From Flavobacteriales bacterium (GTDB taxonomy: Bacteria; Bacteroidota; Bacteroidia; CAIKAF01): a DNA stretch of 64,000 bases. The translations under genes were made by a program, and so were the position numbers. Position 1 is the first letter of the stretch. The number at the start of each line of letters is the position of its first letter. The stretch is taken from assembly GCA_025451235.1 (NCBI GenBank), contig JANWKT010000020.1, positions 48,032-112,031 on the forward strand, written 5' to 3'. Below, one piece after another: positions 27,659 to 37,650 of the stretch. The notes under the pieces are model-generated. The model made no database searches. It was not told where the DNA came from and worked only from the letters and a program-made list of their open reading frames with translations.

Positions 27659-29208
27659 TGCCCTCTATTTTTCAGATCAATATTCCCGCTGAGCATCATG
27701 ATGATATTGCTTATATTCAATCGTCCCTGGCAAAGGATCAGGGAATAGATCCTGGCAGGATCCGACATATATCCATCAGAAAGCAGAGTATTGACGCAAG
27801 GGGTAGAAATATTAAACTGGTGATCAGCCTGGAAGCCTGGATCGATGAAGAATATACACCTGCCGATATTTATTCTCCTGCGTTTAAAAATGTAAAGAAT
27901 GAAAAGGAAGTATATATTATAGGTGCAGGACCTGCAGGTTATTTTGCAGCACTTCAGCTCCTATTATCAGGAAGAAAACCTGTTATTATTGAAAGAGGGA
28001 AAGATGCAAGAAGTAGAAGAAGGGACCTGGCAGAACTCACCAAAAACCATATCGTCAATACAGAAAGTAATTATTGCTTTGGCGAAGGAGGTGCAGGTAC
28101 TTATTCCGATGGGAAGTTATATACCCGATCAGATAAACGCGGAGATATCAAATCAGTGCTGGATCTTTTTATTCATTTTGGTGCTTCGCCCAATATTGGC
28201 ATAGATGCCAAACCCCATATTGGTACCAACAAACTTCCTGAGATCATTCAGCATATGCGTGAATGTATCCTTGCCCATGGGGGTGAAATTCATTTCGAAA
28301 AAAGGTTGGATGATTTTGAGGTACAGTTCGATCAAATCCATTCGCTTACTTTCAATGGAAATGAAAAAGTGCTCGCTTCTCAAATGATCCTTGCTACCGG
28401 CCATTCTTCACGGATGATATTTGAAATGTTGCACCATAAAAATATATTGCTCGAGGCCAAACCTTTCGCTTTAGGAGTAAGGGCTGAACATGCACAAAGC
28501 ATGATCGACCAGGCACAATATCATTGCAATGCACGTCCGGATTATTTACCGGCAGCTTATTATCATTTTGTAAGCCAGGAAATGGAAAGAGGTGTTTATT
28601 CATTCTGTATGTGTCCTGGTGGAATTATTGCCCCGTGCAGCACAAGTCCAGGTGAGATCGTTACGAACGGATGGTCCCCGTCCAAACGGAACAATCCATA
28701 TGCAAATTCGGGTATAGTGGTAGAGATCCGTTTAGAAGATATTTTAAAATCAGGTTACCAGGAGAATCCATTGATGACCTTGGAATTTCAAAGAGATATA
28801 GAACAACTCGCCTGTAAAATGGGTGGAGGAAATCAAACCGCTCCGGCCCAAAGGTTGGTTGATTTTGTGGAAGGAAAAACAAGCAATACCCTTCCCGTTT
28901 GCTCTTACACACCAGGAACAAAATCGGTCAATCTCGATCAGGTCTTGCCAGATTTTATAGCAAAAAGACTAAAATCGGGTTTCAAAAACTTTGGTAAAAA
29001 GATGAGGTCCTACTATACAAATGAGGCGATTCTAGTTGCCCCAGAATCCCGTACGTCGTCACCCATAAAAATCCCAAGGGATACTAAATCCATGCAGCAC
29101 CCCCAAATAGGAGGTTTGTACCCATGTGGAGAAGGGGCAGGCTATGCAGGTGGGATTGTTTCTGCCGCTATTGATGGAATGAAGTGTGCTGCATGCAGCA
29201 TAACATAA
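27658..29208 (+). CDS. NAD(P)/FAD-dependent oxidoreductase (COG2509-type)
   Basis: VYIIGAGPAGYFAALQL dinucleotide-binding motif. Length and architecture fit the uncharacterised FAD-dependent dehydrogenase family. Confidence 0.75.
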   Translation: MPSIFQINIPAEHHDDIAYIQSSLAKDQGIDPGRIRHISIRKQSIDARGRNIKLVISLEAWIDEEYTPADIYSPAFKNVKNEKEVYIIGAGPAGYFAALQLLLSGRKPVIIERGKDARSRRRDLAELTKNHIVNTESNYCFGEGGAGTYSDGKLYTRSDKRGDIKSVLDLFIHFGASPNIGIDAKPHIGTNKLPEIIQHMRECILAHGGEIHFEKRLDDFEVQFDQIHSLTFNGNEKVLASQMILATGHSSRMIFEMLHHKNILLEAKPFALGVRAEHAQSMIDQAQYHCNARPDYLPAAYYHFVSQEMERGVYSFCMCPGGIIAPCSTSPGEIVTNGWSPSKRNNPYANSGIVVEIRLEDILKSGYQENPLMTLEFQRDIEQLACKMGGGNQTAPAQRLVDFVEGKTSNTLPVCSYTPGTKSVNLDQVLPDFIAKRLKSGFKNFGKKMRSYYTNEAILVAPESRTSSPIKIPRDTKSMQHPQIGGLYPCGEGAGYAGGIVSAAIDGMKCAACSIT

Positions 29209-29326
29209 CTGTTAAATAAAAATTAAATAAACAGCCTATGTTAAAAAGTATATACTATATAATTTGAATATATAGTATTCGTTTTCTAATTTAGATTCAT
29301 CAACCCCTACAACAAAATCTACAAGT

Positions 29327-29518
29327 ATGATTCAATCCATGCTAGAATACTCAAAGTTCATTCTTCAAAAAGTTAGCTTCGATGAACTTCTGTTTAAAAA
29401 AGAATTAGAAAAGGCATTAAAAATATTATTACCCGAAGAAATCAAGCAATTAATTAATTGGGCAAAAGAGCAGTTTTACGGTATGCCCGTATATGAGTAC
29501 ATTCCTGCCCAAAATTAA
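29327..29518 (+). CDS. Small hypothetical helical protein (63 aa)
   Basis: ORF only. Its stop abuts the convergent mpl stop. Confidence 0.3.
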   Translation: MIQSMLEYSKFILQKVSFDELLFKKELEKALKILLPEEIKQLINWAKEQFYGMPVYEYIPAQN

Positions 29519-30886
29519 CTAGCCTTCTATTTTTTTTCTAAGCAGATCAAAAACATTTACTGAATTCCAGTTCCCTGAACTCATCATTAGAAATACAGAT
29601 GAGGTGGAATCGACATTTAATAGGTATTTTTCTAATTCCTCATTTTGGTTAAATACATTCAATTGTGAATTGTCAAAAGCACTCGATATTTCATCGGGGT
29701 CAATAGATGGTAGTTTTTTTAATTCCAATGTATGTTGACTATAAAATACCACCCCCTCATCTGCTTCATCCATTGTATTTTTGTATTGCTCCAAAAAGTT
29801 TTTATTCAAGCTACTGTAGGTATGCAATTCTACAAAAGCATATAACCTCTTTTCCGGATATTGAAGTCTTACAGCATGTATGGTAGCTTTTAACTTCGAG
29901 GGAGAATGGGCAAAATCTTTATAAATGATACTTTCCTTGGTCCTGAATACCAATTCAAGTCTTTTCGCTGCACCGGTAAATGTTTCCATGCAGGCGTAGA
30001 AGTCCTCTTCTCCAATACCAGCAGCCTTACAGGCTAACCTGGCAGCCTCCAAATTCATGAGGTTATGTTCCCCGAATATCCGTAAATGATATTTTTTTCC
30101 ATTCGAGTGAATATAGGTCTCTTCATCGATAATCTCGTAGGCGGGTACCTTATAGGCAATCATTTCTATATCCTTTCTGGTATTCTTTTTCACCAGTTCA
30201 GCCAATATTTGATCATCCACACAATAGATCAATTGTCCGCCGGGCTCGATCATATGTATGAACTGTGCAAACTGATCACAATAGTTTTCAAAAGTGGGGA
30301 ACACATTCATATGGTCCCAAGCTATCCCACTAATAATAGCTATATGCGGATGGTATATATGGAACTTGGGAACGGGATTCAAAATAGAAGATAAATATTC
30401 ATCCCCTTCAAAAACTGCCAGCTCTGATGAGGGATCCACTTTTACCATGGTATCAAAACCCTCTAGTTGGGCCCCCACCAAATAATCAAACTGCTTTTTC
30501 TGCAGACGGAATACATGCATGATCATAGAGGTGATGGTGGTTTTTCCATGGCTTCCTCCCACCACGATTCTTTTTTTATGAAGGGATTGCTGATATATAA
30601 ATTCAGGGTAGGAATAAACAGGGATGCCTAATGCCAGCGCCTTTAATAATTCAGGGTTGTCTTTATGCGCATGCATTCCCAGGATAATTGCACCAATATC
30701 GCTTGTTATTTTTTCCGGGAACCAGCCCATTTGAGGGGGTAAAATCCCGGCTTTTTCCAATCTTGTTCGGGAGGGTTCGAAAATTTCGTCATCAGAACCT
30801 GTTACCTCATGTCCATGCAAGCTAATATCCAAAGCCAGGTTATGCATGACCGATCCGCCGATAGCTATAAAATGGAATTTCATCAA
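29519..30886 (-). CDS. mpl: Mur ligase family protein, Mpl-like (UDP-N-acetylmuramate:L-Ala-gamma-D-Glu-meso-DAP ligase)
   Basis: The N-terminus HFIAIGGSVMHNLALDISLHGHEVTGSD…LEKAGI and the P-loop GGSHGKTT track E. coli Mpl more closely than MurC. Confidence 0.7.
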   Translation of the reverse strand: MMKFHFIAIGGSVMHNLALDISLHGHEVTGSDDEIFEPSRTRLEKAGILPPQMGWFPEKITSDIGAIILGMHAHKDNPELLKALALGIPVYSYPEFIYQQSLHKKRIVVGGSHGKTTITSMIMHVFRLQKKQFDYLVGAQLEGFDTMVKVDPSSELAVFEGDEYLSSILNPVPKFHIYHPHIAIISGIAWDHMNVFPTFENYCDQFAQFIHMIEPGGQLIYCVDDQILAELVKKNTRKDIEMIAYKVPAYEIIDEETYIHSNGKKYHLRIFGEHNLMNLEAARLACKAAGIGEEDFYACMETFTGAAKRLELVFRTKESIIYKDFAHSPSKLKATIHAVRLQYPEKRLYAFVELHTYSSLNKNFLEQYKNTMDEADEGVVFYSQHTLELKKLPSIDPDEISSAFDNSQLNVFNQNEELEKYLLNVDSTSSVFLMMSSGNWNSVNVFDLLRKKIEG

Positions 30887-31183
30887 GAATAATTTCGAAA
30901 TAAAGATATATCCGGAACCTTATCTTCAAATCGAAAATGGAAATACTTATTAACCTGCAAATGATAAAAAAACTTAACGCGATGTTGGAGCCTGTAGCAA
31001 AACCATCTGCAGAATGATTTGTTTATAAGGCGTTTACCCAACCGGGCAGCGGCTTACACAGAGGATAGGAAAAGTTTAACAAAAAGAAAGCTTGGAGAAA
31101 AACTAAAATAAATCGTACCTTTGAATATACAAAAAATTAGATAATGTCGTTTTAAAGATAGTTTTTTTCATAGTAGGTTGGTT

Positions 31184-31220
31184 AACCAAGAGGGAGGCGA
31201 AAGCTTCCCTTTTGGTTTTT
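31184..31220 (+). terminator. Orphan intrinsic terminator: 15-bp perfect stem with a GAAA tetraloop followed by a T-tract
   Basis: aaccaagagggaggc-GAAA-gcttcccttttggtt then ttt. There is no + strand gene for ~1.7 kb upstream. Confidence 0.5.
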
Positions 31221-31365
31221 ATAGGCTTCTCTAAAACCTGTAAATTTCTTCGTTGTATTTCAACCTCAAATGCTCATTTACCTATGTAAACTCCGCTTTT
31301 CGGTTTCATACGCCTCGAAATTCTTTGTTTTTAGAGAAGCCTACTTTAAAGTAAGCTAGTCGATG

Positions 31366-31827
31366 TTATTTGTATTCTTCAATCTCCGGATCTGGAGCCT
31401 GGTCGTACGAATTGCCTTTGGGTCTTAGTTTTTCTTTAAATACTACATTCAGCTCATGCCGGTTTCCTCTTAATTTCGCCACGATGGTTTCTGAGATCCC
31501 ATTCACAATAGAATAATCTTCTTTTATATCGAAGGTTACTTTTTCGTATTTACCATCCACAATCCTGATCTCAATCGATCTCAATGTACCTTTTTTAACA
31601 CTTACCTTTCCATAATAGCAGTTTCCATGTACACCTTGTCTTAAGCTCACCACCACATTATCATAATCACCGTCTTCCACCTCATCTGCTCCCCGTATTT
31701 GAAATATTTTATACCATTTTCGATAGCAGCTTTCATCTTCTTTTTTATCCGCATCAGCAGACTGGGCAAATACACCCAAGGAAGAAGGAATCAGTAACAG
31801 GCTTAAAAACATCCATTTTTTAATCAT
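31366..31827 (-). CDS. Hypothetical secreted protein
   Basis: Signal peptide. No family recognised. Confidence 0.5.
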   Translation of the reverse strand: MIKKWMFLSLLLIPSSLGVFAQSADADKKEDESCYRKWYKIFQIRGADEVEDGDYDNVVVSLRQGVHGNCYYGKVSVKKGTLRSIEIRIVDGKYEKVTFDIKEDYSIVNGISETIVAKLRGNRHELNVVFKEKLRPKGNSYDQAPDPEIEEYK

Positions 31828-31973
31828 AGTCCTATATTTTATTATTCACTTTATATTTATGTTATTTGGTGTTCATGCTCTCGCCTCGGCTTAGCCGAGG
31901 CTCGGGTGGTGATTTTGAAGTACTAAAATTAGTAAAATACCTTTAAACACAAAATTTTTTGAGCAATAAAGTT

Positions 31974-32693
31974 TTATGAACCTAAAGCGAATACCACCTG
32001 CCGGTCTTTCAAGCCTGGCTTAGTTTTTAATTGATTCCAACCATCAACCGTATGGGTAATAATTTCCTGGTTTGGGGAGAAAATATCTATTCCAAGGCAT
32101 ACCCTGCTGGAACCCGCAAGGTGCTGTAGCAATTCCTTAAAAGTAACTTCAGCACGGTAGGGGGTTTCAATAAAGATATAGGTGGTATTGGCTAACTTCA
32201 TTCCGGCTGATAATTTTTTGATCTGATCAACACGTTCTTTTTGGTCCTTCGGTAAATAACCTATGAAATGGAAATTCTGTCCGTTCAATCCACTGGCCAT
32301 AAGTGTAAGAAAAATAGAAGAAGGTCCAACCAACGGAATGATCTCTATATTCTTTTCATGTGCCATCTTCACCAGTTCTGAACCAGGATCAGCAATCCCC
32401 GGACAACCGGAATCCGATAGAACACCCACATCATTTCCATTCTTTAAACAAGAAATCACTTCCAAATATAAGGCTGAATTATCCTTTGCATGTTTATCAA
32501 AGTGAAACAGGGTAATTTGGTCGAAAGCAACTTCCTGATCAATGGATTTAATAAAAGCCCTGGCAGGTTTGGGATTTTCAACAAAATAGTACTTCAGGCT
32601 TTGGATGATCTCGGTATTCCAGATAGGGAACTGATGGGTACCTGCATCATCACCAATGGAACTGGGGATTAAAAATAATTTTCCGGTTTTCAT
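31974..32693 (-). CDS. Tetrapyrrole-methylase-fold SAM-dependent methyltransferase (RsmI-like)
   Basis: LFLIPSSIGD…VLSDSGCPGIADPG…IIPLVGPSSIFLTLMASGL follows RsmI/YraL-family conserved blocks. Confidence 0.7.
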   Translation of the reverse strand: MKTGKLFLIPSSIGDDAGTHQFPIWNTEIIQSLKYYFVENPKPARAFIKSIDQEVAFDQITLFHFDKHAKDNSALYLEVISCLKNGNDVGVLSDSGCPGIADPGSELVKMAHEKNIEIIPLVGPSSIFLTLMASGLNGQNFHFIGYLPKDQKERVDQIKKLSAGMKLANTTYIFIETPYRAEVTFKELLQHLAGSSRVCLGIDIFSPNQEIITHTVDGWNQLKTKPGLKDRQVVFALGS

Positions 32694-33160
32694 TTAAAAT
32701 GGGATTTGATCACTTGTTCGCAAGCCTCATCCAACAGTTGAAAAACATGCTCAAAACCATTCATCCCTCCAAACCATGGATCAGGAACTGAATTTTTATC
32801 CGTGGTTGCCGAATAAGACAGAATGAGTTGTACTTTTTTTCGATGATGATCATGGGAACTCAATCGTAAAATATCATCATAATTAGATTCATCCATGGCC
32901 AATATCAGATCGAACCTGTCAAAATCACTTTTTTTGAATTGTCGGGCCACTAAATTTGAAATATCAAGGCCATGTTGGTTCATGGTTTTAACAGCCCTTT
33001 CATCCGGGTTCTGACCGGCATGCCAACCACCGGTACCTGCTGAGTCAACCTGAGAATTGTTACCAAGTTCTTTGAGTTTATGCCGCATGATGCCCTCCGC
33101 CATGGGTGAACGGCAAATATTGCCCAGACATACCATTAATATCTTTATTTCATTATTCAC
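32690..33160 (-). CDS. Low-molecular-weight protein tyrosine phosphatase
   Basis: C(X)5R P-loop CLGNICRS near the N-terminus and a DP motif near the C-terminus. Confidence 0.85.
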   Translation of the reverse strand: MNNEIKILMVCLGNICRSPMAEGIMRHKLKELGNNSQVDSAGTGGWHAGQNPDERAVKTMNQHGLDISNLVARQFKKSDFDRFDLILAMDESNYDDILRLSSHDHHRKKVQLILSYSATTDKNSVPDPWFGGMNGFEHVFQLLDEACEQVIKSHFK

Positions 33161-33239
33161 ACTTTAAACGTTGTTTAACAACCATGAAAAAATATAATGC
33201 GTAAATTTACATATATTCTTATGCCTTAAAAACATTCTT

Positions 33240-34064
33240 ATGAAAACAATAATGATTCCGGTGGCCCATAATGCGCCAAAGGAGAAAATAAGGAACTGTA
33301 TTCATTTACTTGCTGATAAATCAAGATATAGGCTCCTGTTGTTTCATGTGGTTTCTATTCCTACGGTTGGTGACTCCATAGAAGGTATTGTGGTGGGGGC
33401 CGAAAAGACCATCGAAGATATCCGGGAAAAGGAGGAGAAAGCCTTTCGTGAATTTGCAGAACTTATCATTGCTGATGGATATACCGTAGATATTTCGGTC
33501 CCTATTGGTTTTTTTGATGAGAAATTCATTTCAACTGCCAACGAGGTAAAACCATCCTTTATCATCATGTTTACAGGAGGCTCTCATGGGTTATTAGAAG
33601 ATATGTTCGGCACCAACGCATCTTTTGTTTTTGAAAAAGTAACACCTCCTATTTTTATCATTTCCTATGATTATAACTTGAAGAAATTGTCAAAGGCAGT
33701 AGTTGGCCTCCACCTGGAAAATGAACGCCTTGCTGTTCTGGGTGACTACTTTCACTTTGCAGATGAGCATAAATTGGAATCCAATTTTATAAAAATAGAC
33801 CATCGCCTTCAACTTGATATTATAGATGACGGCAAAGTGCTTAACCAGCTCCAAAAAATGTACCCTGGTAAAATCGAGTTCATTGTCCACCGATCATCCG
33901 AAGATATAGCCGAAGGTCTCGAGAAATATGCCGATGAGTCTGGTTCTGATGTGATCGTATTGTTTACTACCAAAAGAAACTTTATTGAGAAGTTATTCCA
34001 CAGAAGTGTGGCCCGTGACCTGGTATTGCACTCTAAAAAGCCATTGCTGATCTATCATTACTAG
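33240..34064 (+). CDS. Tandem (double) universal stress protein-domain protein, paralog 1
   Basis: Two Usp-like halves. GGSHG…G ATP-binding-like motif. Ends …KKPLLIYHY. Confidence 0.65.
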   Translation: MKTIMIPVAHNAPKEKIRNCIHLLADKSRYRLLLFHVVSIPTVGDSIEGIVVGAEKTIEDIREKEEKAFREFAELIIADGYTVDISVPIGFFDEKFISTANEVKPSFIIMFTGGSHGLLEDMFGTNASFVFEKVTPPIFIISYDYNLKKLSKAVVGLHLENERLAVLGDYFHFADEHKLESNFIKIDHRLQLDIIDDGKVLNQLQKMYPGKIEFIVHRSSEDIAEGLEKYADESGSDVIVLFTTKRNFIEKLFHRSVARDLVLHSKKPLLIYHY

Positions 34065-34257
34065 GCCTCTGGTTGAATAGTAGTAAAAAAAATGCCCTTA
34101 CCGAGATAGGGAAATGCTCTATTTTTGCCAAAATACCGGTTTGTTTTTTTTATTGACCGAATCATATTTATAAAAATGCTATATTGTTTCGATAATTCTA
34201 TGGGCTTATAGCAGTCCAAGCCACAAGTATAGTTTGTAATGAATAAAAAGGTGATCT

Positions 34258-35082
34258 ATGAAAACTGTTCTCATTCCTGTTTCTAAAGATGCTCCATGGG
34301 AGATCATCACAAAAAGTATGCGTTTGTTTATAAAACAAACTGTTTACCGTTTACATTTTGTGCATATGTTAAGTTCAATATCCTCTAAAGAGTATCTGGA
34401 AGCCGTTGAAAATGGTGAAAAAGAAAAAGTGGAGGAAATGAAAAGGCTTGAAGGAGAGCCGATCCATGCATTTGCTGAAAACCTGAAAAAAGAAGGATAT
34501 AAAGTAGAAGTTTCTACTCCAATGGGTGTATTCCATCAGAAATTTGCGGAGATGGCGAACGAAATGAAACCCGCGTTTATCATGATGCTCACTACCGGCT
34601 CTGATAATCTGTTGGAAGAAATAATGGGAACAAATACTTCCTATGTATTTGAGAACACACTATCACCTATGTTTATTGTTCCCATCAAGTCGGAGTTAGT
34701 AAACTTTAAACAAGCTGCCATAGGTCTTGAACTGGAAAATGAAAACCTGGAAGCATTAAAACCATTTTTTGATTTTGTCGACGAAACAGGAATTGATACA
34801 AGCTTTATAAAGATAGAGGACCATCTTCAGATGGATATTATTAACGACGAGCGTGTATTAATTGAGCTGGGAAAGCTATACCCAAACCGGATTGACCATA
34901 TTGTTCATAGGGAGTCGGAGGATGTGGCGGAAGGACTTGAAAAGTATGCTGATGAATCGGGCTCAGATCTGATCGTTCTATTTACCACCCGGAGGAATTT
35001 CATTGAAAAGCTCTTTCATAAAAGTGTAACCAGGGATTTGATATTACACTCTAAAATGCCGCTTCTGATCTATCATTACTAA
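34258..35082 (+). CDS. Tandem (double) universal stress protein-domain protein, paralog 2
   Basis: Same length (274 aa) and colinear with paralog 1. Ends …KMPLLIYHY. Confidence 0.65.
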   Translation: MKTVLIPVSKDAPWEIITKSMRLFIKQTVYRLHFVHMLSSISSKEYLEAVENGEKEKVEEMKRLEGEPIHAFAENLKKEGYKVEVSTPMGVFHQKFAEMANEMKPAFIMMLTTGSDNLLEEIMGTNTSYVFENTLSPMFIVPIKSELVNFKQAAIGLELENENLEALKPFFDFVDETGIDTSFIKIEDHLQMDIINDERVLIELGKLYPNRIDHIVHRESEDVAEGLEKYADESGSDLIVLFTTRRNFIEKLFHKSVTRDLILHSKMPLLIYHY

Positions 35083-35120
35083 AAAAAACCGCTTCGTGGA
35101 AGAAGCGGTTCTTTATTTAT
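35080..35120. terminator. Bidirectional terminator (aaccgcttc/gaagcggtt, A8 before, T-rich after) between the usp paralog and dnaA
   Basis: Read directly. Confidence 0.6.
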
Positions 35121-35146
35121 AATCCGGCACTGCTTAAAAAAAGCCA

Positions 35147-36577
35147 TTAAATGTTGATCTTCTTTTCCAGCTCATCTACATAAGCTCTGAATCGCTTGTC
35201 AGTTTCCATTAGATTATTTACTGTTTTGCAGGCATGCAATACAGTAGCATGGTCTTTACCTCCGCAATGAGCTCCAATAGTAGCTAAAGAAGATTTGGTG
35301 TAGTTTTTGGCAAAATACATAGCAATTTGTCTTGCCTGAACCACTTCACGTTTACGTGTTTTGGATTTCATGAGTTCAATAGGTAGCTCAAAATAATCGC
35401 AAACCACTTTTTGAATGTAATCGATCGATACTTCACGGGCATTGTTCTTCACAAATTTATCGATCATCTTTTTAGCAAGATCAAGGGTAACCTCTTTCTT
35501 GTTAAGGGATGATTGGGCGATCAGGGAGATCAAAGCTCCTTCGAGTTCCCGGATATTGGTTGTGATACTATATGCCAGGTATTCGATTACATCCTTAGGT
35601 AATTCTATACCATCATTGTAAATTTTCTTTTCAAGGATGGCAATTCTTGTTTCCAACTCTGGAATTTGTAAATCAGCAGAAAGTCCCCATTTAAATCTGG
35701 AAAGAAGACGTTGTTCCATACCCTGCAATTCAACTGGTGGTTTGTCGGAACTCAAAATAAGTTGTTTGCCATTTTGGTGCAGGTGATTGAATATATGGAA
35801 GAACACATCCTGTGTTTTTTCTTTTCCGGCTAAATACTGTACATCATCTATAATTAAAACATCCACTAACTGGTAGAAATTCACAAAGTCGTTATTGCTC
35901 CCGCTCTTTACAGCATCAATGAACTGGTTAATGAATTTTTCAGAAGGTACGTAAAGTACCGTTTTGTTAGGGAAGTTTTTCTTGATCTCAATTCCAATTG
36001 CATGAAGCAGGTGGGTTTTACCCAAGCCAGTGCTTCCATAAACCATTAAAGGATTAAACGATGTTCCGCCTGGATTTTTAGCTACAGCATAGCCTGCAGA
36101 TCTGGCCAAACGATTACAATCGCCTTCAACGAAATTTTCAAAGGTATAATTAGGATTAAGGTTAGAGTCAATATTAACTTTTTTAAGCCCGGGAATAATA
36201 AATGGATTTTTTATTGATTTGTTTCCACCCAAATCAATAGGCATGTTTACTGTAGGATTTACTAATGCTTTTTTGTCTGTCGTTGGTAGTTTTACCGAGT
36301 AAGATTGTTTAGAATTTGTATGATTTTCCATAATAATACTGTATTCCAATCTGCCCTCTGGCCCCAGCTCTTTTTTCACTACTTTTTTTAATAAAGTAAT
36401 GTAGTGTTCTTCCAGCCATTCGTAAAAAAATTGGGAAGGAACTTGGATCGTCAGAACACTATCAATAAGCTTGAGCGGCTGTATTGGCTCAAACCAGGTT
36501 TTGTAGCTTTGGGGGCTTACGTTATCCCGGATAATGTTCAGACAGTTCTCCCATAAATCATTGTGGTTTTTAGCCAT
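35147..36577 (-). CDS. dnaA: Chromosomal replication initiator protein DnaA
   Basis: MAKNHNDLWENCL… N-terminus. Walker A YGSTGLGKTHLLHAIG. C-terminal DNA-binding helix …QIAMYFAKNYT…. Confidence 0.9.
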   Translation of the reverse strand: MAKNHNDLWENCLNIIRDNVSPQSYKTWFEPIQPLKLIDSVLTIQVPSQFFYEWLEEHYITLLKKVVKKELGPEGRLEYSIIMENHTNSKQSYSVKLPTTDKKALVNPTVNMPIDLGGNKSIKNPFIIPGLKKVNIDSNLNPNYTFENFVEGDCNRLARSAGYAVAKNPGGTSFNPLMVYGSTGLGKTHLLHAIGIEIKKNFPNKTVLYVPSEKFINQFIDAVKSGSNNDFVNFYQLVDVLIIDDVQYLAGKEKTQDVFFHIFNHLHQNGKQLILSSDKPPVELQGMEQRLLSRFKWGLSADLQIPELETRIAILEKKIYNDGIELPKDVIEYLAYSITTNIRELEGALISLIAQSSLNKKEVTLDLAKKMIDKFVKNNAREVSIDYIQKVVCDYFELPIELMKSKTRKREVVQARQIAMYFAKNYTKSSLATIGAHCGGKDHATVLHACKTVNNLMETDKRFRAYVDELEKKINI

Positions 36578-36628
36578 AATTTCACCTCCTTTTTTTTGAT
36601 CTGAAACATGTTTTCGCAACTCTGTTCG

Positions 36629-36656
36629 AAAAAAAAAGGAACGCTGAGTTCCTTTA
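36629..36656 (-). terminator. Intrinsic terminator for the 5'-nucleotidase gene pair (aaaggaac/gttccttt, T9 on the minus strand)
   Basis: Read directly. It lies 70 bp upstream of the dnaA start. Confidence 0.6.
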
Positions 36657-36732
36657 ATGATCGTATGTTTGATTGCTCACAGCAAATATTAGGATAAAAA
36701 AGATGAAAAAAAAACTTTTCTCCTATTGTTTT

Positions 36733-37650
36733 TTAAGAAATTTCTTTATTCCCCGAAAATGCTGATACTTCCAGCGTTTCTGGGTTTTGTAGCACATCTA
36801 CCCTACCCAAAATTAATCCTGCCCAACCTGCCTGCGAAACCATTAGTTTTTTGCCCGATTTGTTGGCAATGATTGTGGCCTCTTTCAGGAAAGTATGGGT
36901 ATGTCCCCCTAAAATAATGTCAATGTCCTGACTCTGTGCCGCCAGCACCAGATCGCTTACTTGTGTGGTTTTATACTCATAACCCAAGTGGGACAAGCAG
37001 ATCACCAGATCGCATTTCTTTTCCTCTTTCAATTCCTTGGCCACCCTATTCGCATTTTCAATTGGGTCATTATATATAATGGTCCCAAATAATTTTTTAT
37101 CCACCAATCCTTCCAATTTTATTCCCACCCCCAAAACTCCAATTTTCAGGCCTGCTTTTTTAAAGATTTTATAAGGAATTATCTTATTTTCAAGTACACT
37201 ATTCCTGCAATCATAATTACAGTTAATAAAAGGGAAATCAGCTATCCCCATTTTAGAACCCAGGTTATCAAGTCCTCCATCAAAATCATGGTTACCAATG
37301 GTAGCTGCATCATATTTCATCAGGTTCATTAACTTCATTTCTAGTTCTCCCAGGTAATAATTAAAATAAGGAGTCCCTTGAAAAATATCCCCACAATCCA
37401 ATAATAAGACCTCTGCTCCTTCTGCCCTGATCGATTCTATTAAACTGGCCCTTTTTGCAATACCTCCTTGTCCGGGGTACCTCGGATCATTATCCGCAAA
37501 AGGCTCTATATGACTATGCATATCATTGGTATGAAGTATCACCAGCTTATTGAATTTTTTCTGGTTCGAATTACCTAAAACCAGTTTAGGTGCCAGCATC
37601 GTACTTGCTGCACCTAAAAAAATATTCCCTATGAACTTTCTTCTTTTCAT
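36733..37650 (-). CDS. Metallophosphoesterase, UshA N-terminal-domain-like (5'-nucleotidase/2',3'-cyclic phosphodiesterase family)
   Basis: Tat-like signal (MKRRKFIG). Metallophosphatase motifs LHTNDMHS, LDCGD, GNHDFD. Confidence 0.8.
   Translation of the reverse strand: MKRRKFIGNIFLGAASTMLAPKLVLGNSNQKKFNKLVILHTNDMHSHIEPFADNDPRYPGQGGIAKRASLIESIRAEGAEVLLLDCGDIFQGTPYFNYYLGELEMKLMNLMKYDAATIGNHDFDGGLDNLGSKMGIADFPFINCNYDCRNSVLENKIIPYKIFKKAGLKIGVLGVGIKLEGLVDKKLFGTIIYNDPIENANRVAKELKEEKKCDLVICLSHLGYEYKTTQVSDLVLAAQSQDIDIILGGHTHTFLKEATIIANKSGKKLMVSQAGWAGLILGRVDVLQNPETLEVSAFSGNKEIS

Noticed and set aside
29209-29326. AT-rich inverted repeat (tatactatata … tatatagtat) after the FAD-oxidoreductase gene
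   Set aside because: A low-complexity AT palindrome in an AT-rich genome. It is most simply a weak terminator or promoter spacer and is not distinctive enough to flag.
36578-36732. Putative DnaA boxes upstream of dnaA (e.g. taGGATAAa at ~36690, tgcTCACAg)
   Set aside because: They match only 5-6 of the 9 positions of TTATCCACA, and there is no cluster. The region is largely occupied by the upstream operon's terminator.
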